DNA from: an uncultured archaeon
Lineage (GTDB): Archaea; Asgardarchaeota; Jordiarchaeia; Jordiarchaeales; Jordiarchaeaceae
Direction of reading: 5' to 3'
Assembly: GCA_964510585.1 (NCBI GenBank)
Contig: CAZECW010000037.1
Coordinates: forward strand, 1-14,230
Length of the DNA stretch: 14,230 nt
Under the pieces are notes generated by a model, which made no database searches, was not told the DNA's origin, and was given only the letters and a program-made list of their open reading frames with translations. Made by a program: the position numbers and the translations under genes. Shown here one piece after another: positions 1 to 7,378 of this stretch (position 1 is the stretch's first letter; every line of letters begins with the position of its first letter).

Positions 1-206
1 GGTATATAAATAGTTGTTGGTAGCTGAAGGGTTTGGCTTGGGCTTTAAGGGGCTAAACAAGACGCAGCCCCCATGAGGGTGCCAACATAGACGCCGTTCC
101 CATGAGGGAAGGGCGTGCTAACTGGGTGATGGCACACCCATTGCTTCGAAGGCTCCCAATGAGCCAGAAGCAAGAATCTCCCGACTTTAGTCGCGGAGAG
201 TGTCAA
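1..206 (+). mobile_element. Non-autonomous IS200/IS605-family mini element, copy 1 (left end outside window)
   Basis: Aligns to 11243-11448 with 8 differences over 206 nt (counted by eye). Right end: GAAT (174-177), bulged hairpin CTCC-CGACT-TT-AGTCG-C-GGAG, then AGTGTCAA ending at 206, resembling the IS608 right end. Confidence 0.88.
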
Positions 207-226
207 ATGTAGAAAATTACAAACCA
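13..226 (+). ncRNA. Candidate omegaRNA from copy 1 (putative guide ATGTAGAAAATTACAAACCA)
   Basis: Same stems as copy 2; the differences fall in loops, linkers or the 5' arm of the right-end hairpin. Confidence 0.5.
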
Positions 227-288
227 ATTTTGGTTACCGCTAATTAAAATAAATGGAGGTAAAAATTGCGGTTCTCTCGGGAAATTTT

Positions 289-882
289 TTAGGTCTGCTT
301 GGGTTTGAAGTGCTTTTTGAAAACTTCATATATGTCTTCAGGTTTTTCCAGTATATGTACGTCGTCCATTTTTGATAGTTTTTTTACGTGTTCCACGTCT
401 TCTGGTCTTATTCTTAATCGTAAGTCTCTTCCGTCAGGGAGCTTTGTAGTTACGGTTCCCACCTCGTAGTCGGAGGGCATTATGTAGAGTGGAACATAGG
501 CCTTCAAGCCCATGATGGCAGCGTTGGAAAGTAGGCTGTCAGCCAAACCCATGGCGATCTTAGCTACAGTGTTCGATGTTGCGGGAGCGATTAGTAAGAA
601 TTCAAATTTTCCCATTTGTAGTTGACCTGCAAGAAAGGGTGCATTGGCGTTAATTTCAACCCAAACCTTGTCGAAAACCTCAAGTATATCGTGGCTCAAC
701 TTATAATACTTTAAAACTTGGTCGCCTGCCTTGGAAACGTAAACCCGAATATCCACTAAGTCCTCAAATTCTTCGTTTATTCTTCTCATGACTTCGAATG
801 TTTCCCTTAGTCGGTCTCCGCTACCCGTAATTCCCCAAGCCACCTTTTTCAGCTTCTTTTTCTCCTCCTTTTTCTCAACCAT
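289..882 (-). CDS. afpA: Archaeal flavoprotein (AfpA-like, HFCD/Flavoprotein family, FMN-binding)
   Basis: N-terminal VAWGITGSG and APATSNTVAKIAMGLADSLLSNA motifs; no Fe-S cysteines; GGAGGAGTGA RBS before the ATG; directly downstream of an Isf-like gene, a pairing known from Archaeoglobus. Confidence 0.8.
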   Translation of the reverse strand: MVEKKEEKKKLKKVAWGITGSGDRLRETFEVMRRINEEFEDLVDIRVYVSKAGDQVLKYYKLSHDILEVFDKVWVEINANAPFLAGQLQMGKFEFLLIAPATSNTVAKIAMGLADSLLSNAAIMGLKAYVPLYIMPSDYEVGTVTTKLPDGRDLRLRIRPEDVEHVKKLSKMDDVHILEKPEDIYEVFKKHFKPKQT

Positions 883-904
883 TATTCACTCCTCCAAAAT
901 CTAT

Positions 905-1504
905 CTATACCTTTTTTTCTTTTGTCTCGATTTTTTCTAATAACTTGACAAATTTTTTAACGGTCTTTTCCAGGCTTCTGAATCCTTCTTCGTCTTCTTT
1001 TACCCCTTCCAGAGTGTCCTTAGACCAAAATGTGGCTCCCAGATTTGCTCCGAAGGAGCCGCCGCTAACTGGTATAATTCCATTCAGTACATAGAAAGTT
1101 ATGATTTGTTGTATCGCCAGCTCCTGTCCCCCCATCCGGTCACCGCCCACTGCGATTGCCATACCCACCTTGTACTGCAGAGCGTTGCGGTCTTCCGCAA
1201 GGAGAGCTCTACACCGGTCCATTACTACTTTAATCTGGGCGCTGAGTGCACCATTGTAGACTGGGGTGGCCATTATTAATCCCTTAGCATTTTTGATGAG
1301 GGGGTAGAGTTCAAACATGTCGTCTTTAATTCTACACTCCTTATTTTTCAGGCAGTAGTCGCAGTGTTGACATGGCGCAATGTTTTTGCCCCTCACACCA
1401 AAAAACTCTGTTTCGAATCCCTTTTCTTCAAGCATCCTCAAAGCTTCTCTCAAAACATACTCCGTTGCCATTTTCCTTGGGCTTCCACAAATGCCAAGTA
1501 TCAT
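905..1504 (-). CDS. isf: Iron-sulfur flavoprotein (Isf)-like, flavodoxin/NADPH-dependent FMN reductase fold
   Basis: Begins MILGICGSPRK; compact CX2CX2CX5C motif (CQHCDYCLKNKEC); ATPVYNG and AVGGDRMGGQE flavin-binding segments. Start moved from the ORF-track 1585 to the ATG at 1504 because the family homology begins there. Confidence 0.82.
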   Translation of the reverse strand: MILGICGSPRKMATEYVLREALRMLEEKGFETEFFGVRGKNIAPCQHCDYCLKNKECRIKDDMFELYPLIKNAKGLIMATPVYNGALSAQIKVVMDRCRALLAEDRNALQYKVGMAIAVGGDRMGGQELAIQQIITFYVLNGIIPVSGGSFGANLGATFWSKDTLEGVKEDEEGFRSLEKTVKKFVKLLEKIETKEKKV

Positions 1505-1589
1505 TTCCACTTCCCAAAATCCTATAATTTCCCAAGACTTATTAACATTCTCACAAAAATGCCTGCAGAAACTTTCCAAATTCATCTCA

Positions 1590-1616
1590 AAAAGGAGTAT
1601 TTATATGGCTCCTTTT
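1590..1616 (-). promoter_or_regulatory. Putative TATA box of isf-afpA enclosed by an 8-bp inverted repeat
   Basis: AAAAGGAG (1590-1597), 11-nt spacer, CTCCTTTT (1609-1616); the spacer reads TATAAATA on the minus strand, about 95 nt upstream of the isf ATG. Confidence 0.45.
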
Positions 1617-1851
1617 CCAATTTAGAGCCCAAAAAAGGGAAAACGGAATAACCACATCACTAGAGTGTTAGCCGCTTAAAAAATTTGAATGGGTAAATCC
1701 TCAAACTGTCAAATTAATAATTTGCCGATGGTAGAGAAGAAAGCAGTCCAAGAAAATATTTTAGATTCGCGGTATCCTACATGTAACTCTAAGGGTTCTA
1801 AAGGGGGAATCTTTTTAGCCCAAAAATCTTGGATGTGGAACTAAACGAATT

Positions 1852-2763
1852 CTAGGTGTCAGGGAGATCTGAGCTCTGTGTTTGCTCCCTTGTTTGTTGT
1901 ACCAATATTTCAGTTATTATGGATCCTGTGCGTATGGTTCGCACTTTATAAAGTATGATTCCTTTAAAGAATCCTATTGTGTGTGCTACTGCTTCAAAAA
2001 ACTTTATGGTAAATAGGCCCAGTGTGTAGGCCAGGTTTCTCATCAGTTCCCTCCTTTTTTGAGCCAGAACTTTCCAGTAAACCATTGCTTGTTGTTTCAC
2101 CAGTTGGGGATGCTTGCTGACATAGTGGTAGAAGCTCCTAGCATATTGGTATTCTCTCCTAATTGTTTTGAGGATGTTAAAGTTTTTTTCCACGTGCTTC
2201 AAGTGGGAGTCTACTCTTTTGATGGTGACGCCCTGTTCTCTGGCTCTCTGGGCTATGTCCCAGTCTTCTCCAGCCTCCAGCTGAGGGTCAAAGCCTCCAA
2301 GTTTCCAGTAAACACTTCTCCTAAAGAATCTGGGAACCTCCACCAGCTTCTCTCCTACGAAGAGGTTTCTCTCAAAACATTTACACTTGGCCCAGAATCC
2401 CTGTCCATCTGCAACTTCGGGAATAATTACAGCCTCGGCGCCCCTCAAAGCTTCACTCACACATTTTTCTATAGCATCGAAGCTAAGCTGCATATCTGCA
2501 TCTATTGAGAGAATAAACTCACCACGCGAATTTTTAGCTCCAATATTTCTAGCCTCAGACCTTCCAGCTCGCACCCTAATTACCCTGGCTCCAAACTCTC
2601 TCGCTATGTCCACTGTTCTGTCCCTAGAATAGTCATCAACGACAATAACCTCTATGTAGGGGTAAGTTTGGTTCCTTATTGACTCAAGACATAAAGCAAT
2701 ATATTTTTCTGCATTCCTTGTGGGAATAGTTACCGAAACAAGTCCTCCCAAACCCAACACCAA
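1852..2763 (-). CDS. Glycosyltransferase family 2
   Basis: VSVTIPTRN...LESIRNQTY...VIVVDDYSRDRT, SIDAD (DxD) and GEDWD motifs; exact start codon uncertain (TTG/GTG cluster). Confidence 0.9.
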   Translation of the reverse strand: MVLGLGGLVSVTIPTRNAEKYIALCLESIRNQTYPYIEVIVVDDYSRDRTVDIAREFGARVIRVRAGRSEARNIGAKNSRGEFILSIDADMQLSFDAIEKCVSEALRGAEAVIIPEVADGQGFWAKCKCFERNLFVGEKLVEVPRFFRRSVYWKLGGFDPQLEAGEDWDIAQRAREQGVTIKRVDSHLKHVEKNFNILKTIRREYQYARSFYHYVSKHPQLVKQQAMVYWKVLAQKRRELMRNLAYTLGLFTIKFFEAVAHTIGFFKGIILYKVRTIRTGSIITEILVQQTREQTQSSDLPDT

Positions 2764-3071
2764 TCCCTACCCTAACCGAAAATGCTCCTTCCTTAAAGGT
2801 GTTGGAAAGCTTAAAGCACCAATTGAAATTTAGATCCCCAAAAAAATATTTTTTTCGGTAATAACCTGCCAGAATTTTTCATACAAGGAGGATTGGAGGA
2901 AAAAGATAGGAGCATAGATTGAGCAAGGTCCACTTAATAATAACTCGCTTTAATCGTAAGTTATCCCTTTTTCTTGAGGCTTCTGAAAAGGTTAGGTGTC
3001 TGAGCCTTCCTTTTTTAATCTCACGCTTTTTAATATTTATGTTAAAAATTTACTATCCATTCTAAGATATG

Positions 3072-3105
3072 TTTATTAAAGGTTTAATCAATAAAAATTG
3101 ATTAA
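3072..3105 (+). promoter_or_regulatory. TATA box plus perfect palindromic operator candidate upstream of the lipoate ligase gene
   Basis: TTTATTAA at 3072-3079, followed by TTAATCAAT-AAAA-ATTGATTAA (3084-3105), which covers the expected transcription start. Confidence 0.55.
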
Positions 3106-3110
3106 CATTT

Positions 3111-4307
3111 TTGGAGGTGCATTGTCTGTCCGAAACCTTTTGGAAGAGAGAGGATGGTAAAACAAAGTGGGAGGAGGATGAGGCTGCCTACATTGTGAGG
3201 CATACAACTTGGGCTGAATTTGTTGTGATTGCAGGTTCTTCTTCGATGGTTCCCAAGGGGGTTCTTCCCCCCGCCTTTATGATGTGGCTGACTTGGAAGA
3301 AGAATAACATAATTTTCCCCTACTTCGCTTCTCCCGACTACGATGTAAACCTGAAATATTGTATGGAACACGACATTGCAGTTGAGATTAGATGTCCGTA
3401 TGGAGGAGGCGTATCGTGGGTAGATGTAGGGGCACCCGCAAGTACCATGGCCTTTAATCGGGAACATCCCAAGTGTCCACCAACCCTTGAGGAATTCTAC
3501 AGGAAGATTTTCTCAGGCGCAGCCAAAGAAATAGGGGAAGTATACGGTCTTAAAACCAGGTACAAACCCCTCAATGATGTGGAGGTCATGTGTGACGACG
3601 GGAAATGGAGGAAAATTAGCATTGCCAGCGGGATAAGTAGTCAGAGTTTCATGGGATGCGGCTACGTCATCCAATTAACCCCTGTTCCATGGGACATAGT
3701 AGACCAAATCATTACGCCTCCCCCCGAAAAGTTTGCGGATAAGGAGACAAAAACGCTTCGAGACAGATCCATAAATCTGAATGAACTGGTGGGGAGAGAA
3801 ATCACTTTAAAGGAGTTCCAAGGGGTGATGAGGGACGCATTGTCCAAAGCTTTCGGAGTTACACCAGTCCCTACGGTTGTGGAGTGGGAGAAGATTCCCG
3901 CATATAACATGGCTAAAGGCTTGCTCTCCTCTGAAAACTTCTTCTACAACAGGGCTGAGAGGGTAAAGTTTGCCGACACCCCCATAACAAAAGGAGTGGG
4001 TAAAGGAGAGGCTAGAATAAAAATTCCCCAAGGGCCATTCGTAAGGGTCGTAGTGCTTGTAAAAGAAAATAAACTGTATAACATTCTGGTAACGGGCACC
4101 CTCCACGCGGCTCCCATGATACCCTTCTCCCCCATAGATGTAATGGAAAAAGAGCTCAAAGACACACCCATAGACAAAAAAATAATTCTAGAAAAGGTAA
4201 AGAAGATATACGCCACCCCGGGATATGAAGTTCCAAACATCACACCGGAACAATTCACAGACCTAATAATGAGAGCAGTAGAAATAGCAAAAGAGTCCAC
4301 CCAATAG
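3111..4307 (+). CDS. Divergent lipoate-protein ligase family protein (catalytic domain fused to C-terminal accessory domain)
   Basis: DVNLKYCMEHDIAVEIRCPYGGG resembles the RRxxGGG motif; KPLNDVEV...GKWRKIS carries the conserved Lys; the C-terminal KIPQGPFVRVVVLV...ILVTG resembles the LplB-type domain. Start uncertain: GGAGGTG at 3113-3119 suggests a start slightly downstream. Confidence 0.8.
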   Translation: MEVHCLSETFWKREDGKTKWEEDEAAYIVRHTTWAEFVVIAGSSSMVPKGVLPPAFMMWLTWKKNNIIFPYFASPDYDVNLKYCMEHDIAVEIRCPYGGGVSWVDVGAPASTMAFNREHPKCPPTLEEFYRKIFSGAAKEIGEVYGLKTRYKPLNDVEVMCDDGKWRKISIASGISSQSFMGCGYVIQLTPVPWDIVDQIITPPPEKFADKETKTLRDRSINLNELVGREITLKEFQGVMRDALSKAFGVTPVPTVVEWEKIPAYNMAKGLLSSENFFYNRAERVKFADTPITKGVGKGEARIKIPQGPFVRVVVLVKENKLYNILVTGTLHAAPMIPFSPIDVMEKELKDTPIDKKIILEKVKKIYATPGYEVPNITPEQFTDLIMRAVEIAKESTQ

Positions 4308-4315
4308 ATCACCCC

Positions 4316-4328
4316 TCCCACTTTTTTA
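4316..4328 (+). terminator. Possible oligo(T) archaeal terminator after the ligase gene
   Basis: Pyrimidine-rich tract ending in T6 (4322-4327) just after the stop codon. Confidence 0.3.
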
Positions 4329-4542
4329 TATAAATAAGAGTGCCAAAAAGGCGGCCTAGTAATGGGATTAAACAATTAAAGGCACAAGTATAGCACACTG
4401 GTTTAGCACGCTATTTCCCTTTTTGAGCATGCCCTACCCTTTTTTTTCCTCCTTAGAGAGGAGCCTCTCTTAAAATCTTCTTCGGGGAGCCCTAGAAACT
4501 GATTCGGTTTATGCTCGCTTGGCGGAGGCACAAAAGTTTTTA

Positions 4543-4594
4543 CGCTCAAACACAATTTAAATATTATCCGTTTGTTATAGAAGCGTTTTGAGCG
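4543..4594 (+). promoter_or_regulatory. Putative promoter of the FAD/Fe-S cluster, TATA flanked by an 8-bp inverted repeat
   Basis: CGCTCAAA (4543-4550) and TTTGAGCG (4587-4594) bracket TTTAAATA (4556-4563). Confidence 0.4.
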
Positions 4595-4628
4595 GAGCTT
4601 AATGCGCCAATTATCTTTTTAGAAATTT

Positions 4629-6080
4629 TTGGCGGAGGAAAATGTTTTGTCCCAAAAAAAGCTTAGGAACCCTAACTATTCCAGTATCCGTAAATCTCTG
4701 GAGAGCATTGTTGGGAAAAATTTTGTTTCCGACCGTTCGGAGGAACGCTACTACTATTCCAGCGATCCCAGTGCTGAGGAGCCCTGCACTCCGGATTTTG
4801 TGGTAATGCCGGGCTCTGTTGAGGAGATTCAGGAAATAGTGAGGCTCGCCAATCGGGAAAAGATTCCTCTGACTCCCCGTGTAGGCGGTATGACTCTGTC
4901 CGGCCTAGCCATACCTTATGGCGGTGGTATACTGCTGGATTTGAAGAGGATGGATAGAATAATTGAAGTGAACGAGGACTCCATGTATGCGGTGGTGGAG
5001 TGTGGCGTGACAACGGGGCAACTCAAAACCTATCTGGAGGAGAACCATCCCCATCTCTGGTTCTGTCAGCCTCACGCTCCACAATCTGTTGGGGTAATAT
5101 CTAATGCGATCATATACGGTGCTGGACAGGTATCTCTAGGCTATGGTGTCAGCTCAGATATGATTAATGGTTTGGAGGTTGTTCTGCCCACAGGAGAAAT
5201 TCTAAGAACCGGCTCCTGTGCGTTGGGTAAGTCCTGGCTCACCAAGTACTGCCTCCCCGATTTTACGGGACTGTTTCTGGGCTGGTTCGGCGCCACAGGC
5301 ATAATTACCAAGGCTTCCGTGCAGCTCTGGCCAAAACCCAGCATTCGCGACACTATGTTTTATAAGGTGGATACTGTGGAGGACACTGTGGATATACTTT
5401 TGAAGCTGACTAAGAGTGAGGTTTGTGATGATATTTACATTAACAGTTGGACTGGAACCAGCACTAAAAGGTTCTACATGTCCCAGAAACCTGAAGGCAC
5501 CCCAGAGATTACTATGGACATCATTCTTAGCGGAAAGAACCAAGAACAAGTCGACTTAAAGAAGAGGATGATTGGAGAAATTATGGAGGAAGCCATGAGG
5601 AAGGGAGTTAAAGTTGAGGAGTTTGAACCTCCCTTAATGCTAAAAATCGCCATGTTGATGGTTCCCCAGCCCTTGCCTTTTATGGATTTGATGCTCGGTG
5701 GCGGCGCCGAATACTTGGGATGCTACATTCCCACGGAAGCCATGGGTGAAGCCTACAAGAGGGGAATAGAAATAGCGAAAAAGTATGGTTTCCAATACCT
5801 ACACGTGGTTAGGCCCTTCAGGACTGGACACTGCACCGGGATAATGTACGCCTTCCCCTTCGATAAAAGGAATCCCGAAGTGGTCGAAAAACTGCTAAAG
5901 GTTCTGGTGGAAATATGCGATATGGCCATAAATCTGGGGGGCGTTCCTTGGAAGCCCTCACCCACAGTTCAGAAAATCGTTTTAAAACACGCAGATTCCC
6001 AGTACGTGCAACTCATGAAAAAAATCAAAACCATGCTTGACCCGAACGGTATAATGGCTCCCGGACAATGGGCTCTTTAG
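4629..6080 (+). CDS. FAD-binding oxidoreductase (FAD_binding_4/VAO-PCMH fold, GlcD-like), paralog 1
   Basis: PDFVVMPGSVEEIQEIVRLAN...PRVGGMTLSG...GGILLDLKRM, GLEVVLPTGEILRTG, GATGIITKA and LDPNGIMAPG motifs; the TTG start is supported by N-terminal alignment to paralog 2. Confidence 0.9.
   Translation: MAEENVLSQKKLRNPNYSSIRKSLESIVGKNFVSDRSEERYYYSSDPSAEEPCTPDFVVMPGSVEEIQEIVRLANREKIPLTPRVGGMTLSGLAIPYGGGILLDLKRMDRIIEVNEDSMYAVVECGVTTGQLKTYLEENHPHLWFCQPHAPQSVGVISNAIIYGAGQVSLGYGVSSDMINGLEVVLPTGEILRTGSCALGKSWLTKYCLPDFTGLFLGWFGATGIITKASVQLWPKPSIRDTMFYKVDTVEDTVDILLKLTKSEVCDDIYINSWTGTSTKRFYMSQKPEGTPEITMDIILSGKNQEQVDLKKRMIGEIMEEAMRKGVKVEEFEPPLMLKIAMLMVPQPLPFMDLMLGGGAEYLGCYIPTEAMGEAYKRGIEIAKKYGFQYLHVVRPFRTGHCTGIMYAFPFDKRNPEVVEKLLKVLVEICDMAINLGGVPWKPSPTVQKIVLKHADSQYVQLMKKIKTMLDPNGIMAPGQWAL
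4692..4759 (+). repeat. Second near-identical tract shared by the FAD oxidoreductase genes (partner 7445-7512)
   Basis: 67/68 nt identical, including a 53-nt perfect run (4707-4759 = 7460-7512). Confidence 0.9.
5166..5339 (+). repeat. Near-identical tract shared by the two FAD oxidoreductase genes (partner 7919-8092)
   Basis: 165/174 nt identical; all 9 differences are synonymous. Confidence 0.9.
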
Positions 6081-6083
6081 GAG

Positions 6084-7277
6084 TTGATGGATATGGTTTT
6101 AGAAAAATATAAAGATATACTTCACCGCTGCTACAAGTGCCAGTACTGCAGAACCACAGGCCCTAACCTTTTCTACAACGGGTGTCCCTCCTACACCAAA
6201 TTTCGGTTTGAAACCTTCACGGGCGGCGGAAGGATGTGGACTGCCAGAGGCGTTTACGAGGAGGAGTTTGGCTTTGACGACGATATTGTAGATATACTTT
6301 TTGCCTGCCAAACCTGTGGAAACTGCTCCACCCAATGTATATATCCCATAAAGGACAGCATTTTGAGAATAATTGAAGCCACCAGAGCCGAAGCAGTAAA
6401 AGCGGGAATAAAACTTCCCGGCCGCCAGAAAGACTTCGGAGTACATATGGGAAAGGAACACAATCCTTACCTTGAACCCCACAGCAAAAGATTGGACTGG
6501 CTACCAAAAGGCATAATTCTACCCGAAAAATCAGAAATGGTTTACTTTGTAGGCTGCACTTCTGCTTATCGGCAGAAGGTTCTGGCACAGGACACCGTTG
6601 CTGTCTTTGATAGTTTAGGCTTGGACTTCACCATAATGAGAGATGAGTGGTGTTGCACCTCACCCCTGCTAAGAACTGGACAGTGGGAAACAGACTATGT
6701 CTCGGCTTCAAAGATTGCTCAACACAATATTGAAGAAGCCAAAAAAGTGGGCGCCTGTAAAATTGTTACCACCTGTTCCGGATGTTTCAGAACTTGGAAA
6801 AAGGACTACCTAGAGGAATACGACTGGCTTCTTAATTCCAAACACGACTTTGAAGTATTACACACTACCCAGCTGCTGGAGAACATGATAAAAAACGGCG
6901 AAATAGAGTTAAAAAACGAGGTGAAAATGAAGGTCACCTACCATGACCCCTGCCATCTGGGAAGACACATGTGGGTATACGACTCCCCACGCAACATACT
7001 TAAAGCAATACCTGGCATAGAACTGGTGGAAATGCCCCGCACTAGGGAAAATGCTTGGTGCTGCGGTTCCGGAGGAGGAGTCAAATCCGGCTACGGTGAA
7101 TGGTCAGTTGAAACCGCCTATGAACGAGTGAAGGAAGCAGAAAAACTTGGTGTTGAAGCCATCGTATCCGCTTGTCCCTTCTGCTGGCGTAATCTAGACG
7201 ACGCAATAAAACAGCACAACTCAAAACTCCAAATGTACGACGTGATACAGCTAGTCAGAAAATCAATGGGCATATAA
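6084..7277 (+). CDS. (Fe-S)-binding protein, GlcF/HdrD-like (two [4Fe-4S] motifs plus two CCG domains)
   Basis: CYKCQYC...CP and CQTCGNCSTQC; YFVGC, WCCTSP, TTCSGC; YHDPCHLGR, WCCGSGGG, SACPFC. Starts 3 nt after the upstream stop with an AGGAG RBS, consistent with an operon. Confidence 0.9.
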   Translation: MMDMVLEKYKDILHRCYKCQYCRTTGPNLFYNGCPSYTKFRFETFTGGGRMWTARGVYEEEFGFDDDIVDILFACQTCGNCSTQCIYPIKDSILRIIEATRAEAVKAGIKLPGRQKDFGVHMGKEHNPYLEPHSKRLDWLPKGIILPEKSEMVYFVGCTSAYRQKVLAQDTVAVFDSLGLDFTIMRDEWCCTSPLLRTGQWETDYVSASKIAQHNIEEAKKVGACKIVTTCSGCFRTWKKDYLEEYDWLLNSKHDFEVLHTTQLLENMIKNGEIELKNEVKMKVTYHDPCHLGRHMWVYDSPRNILKAIPGIELVEMPRTRENAWCCGSGGGVKSGYGEWSVETAYERVKEAEKLGVEAIVSACPFCWRNLDDAIKQHNSKLQMYDVIQLVRKSMGI

Positions 7278-7378
7278 AAACCAAAAATTTCAATCTCTCC
7301 TCCCCCTTTTTTGAATGGCACTCTTAAAAATTGAGTCTTTCTTAGTGTCATTTTTGGTTTGGGTTTTTGGCGTGAAAA

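Noticed and set aside
57-212. Plus frame in the element (…HEGANIDAVPMREG…QESPDFSRGECQ) as a TnpB C-terminal remnant
   Set aside because: GANI only faintly recalls the TnpB NAAxNI motif; there is no zinc finger or catalytic Asp, and there are stops just upstream. Not supportable by eye.
45-227. 60-aa minus-strand ORF and other short ORFs inside the element copies
   Set aside because: They lie across a structured repeat, resemble no protein family I recognise, and indels between copies do not preserve frame.
895-915. TATCTAT partial match to the copy 3 guide near the isf/afpA junction
   Set aside because: Only about 7 nt match and there is no adjacent TTAC; expected by chance.
4633-4806. GGAGG plus out-of-frame ATG (4642) followed by an A7 run, as a possible -1 frameshift start for FAD paralogue 1
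   Set aside because: The in-frame TTG start gives an N-terminus that aligns with paralogue 2 (MAEENVLSQKKL vs MYVEKPNLPKKTL), so no recoding is needed.
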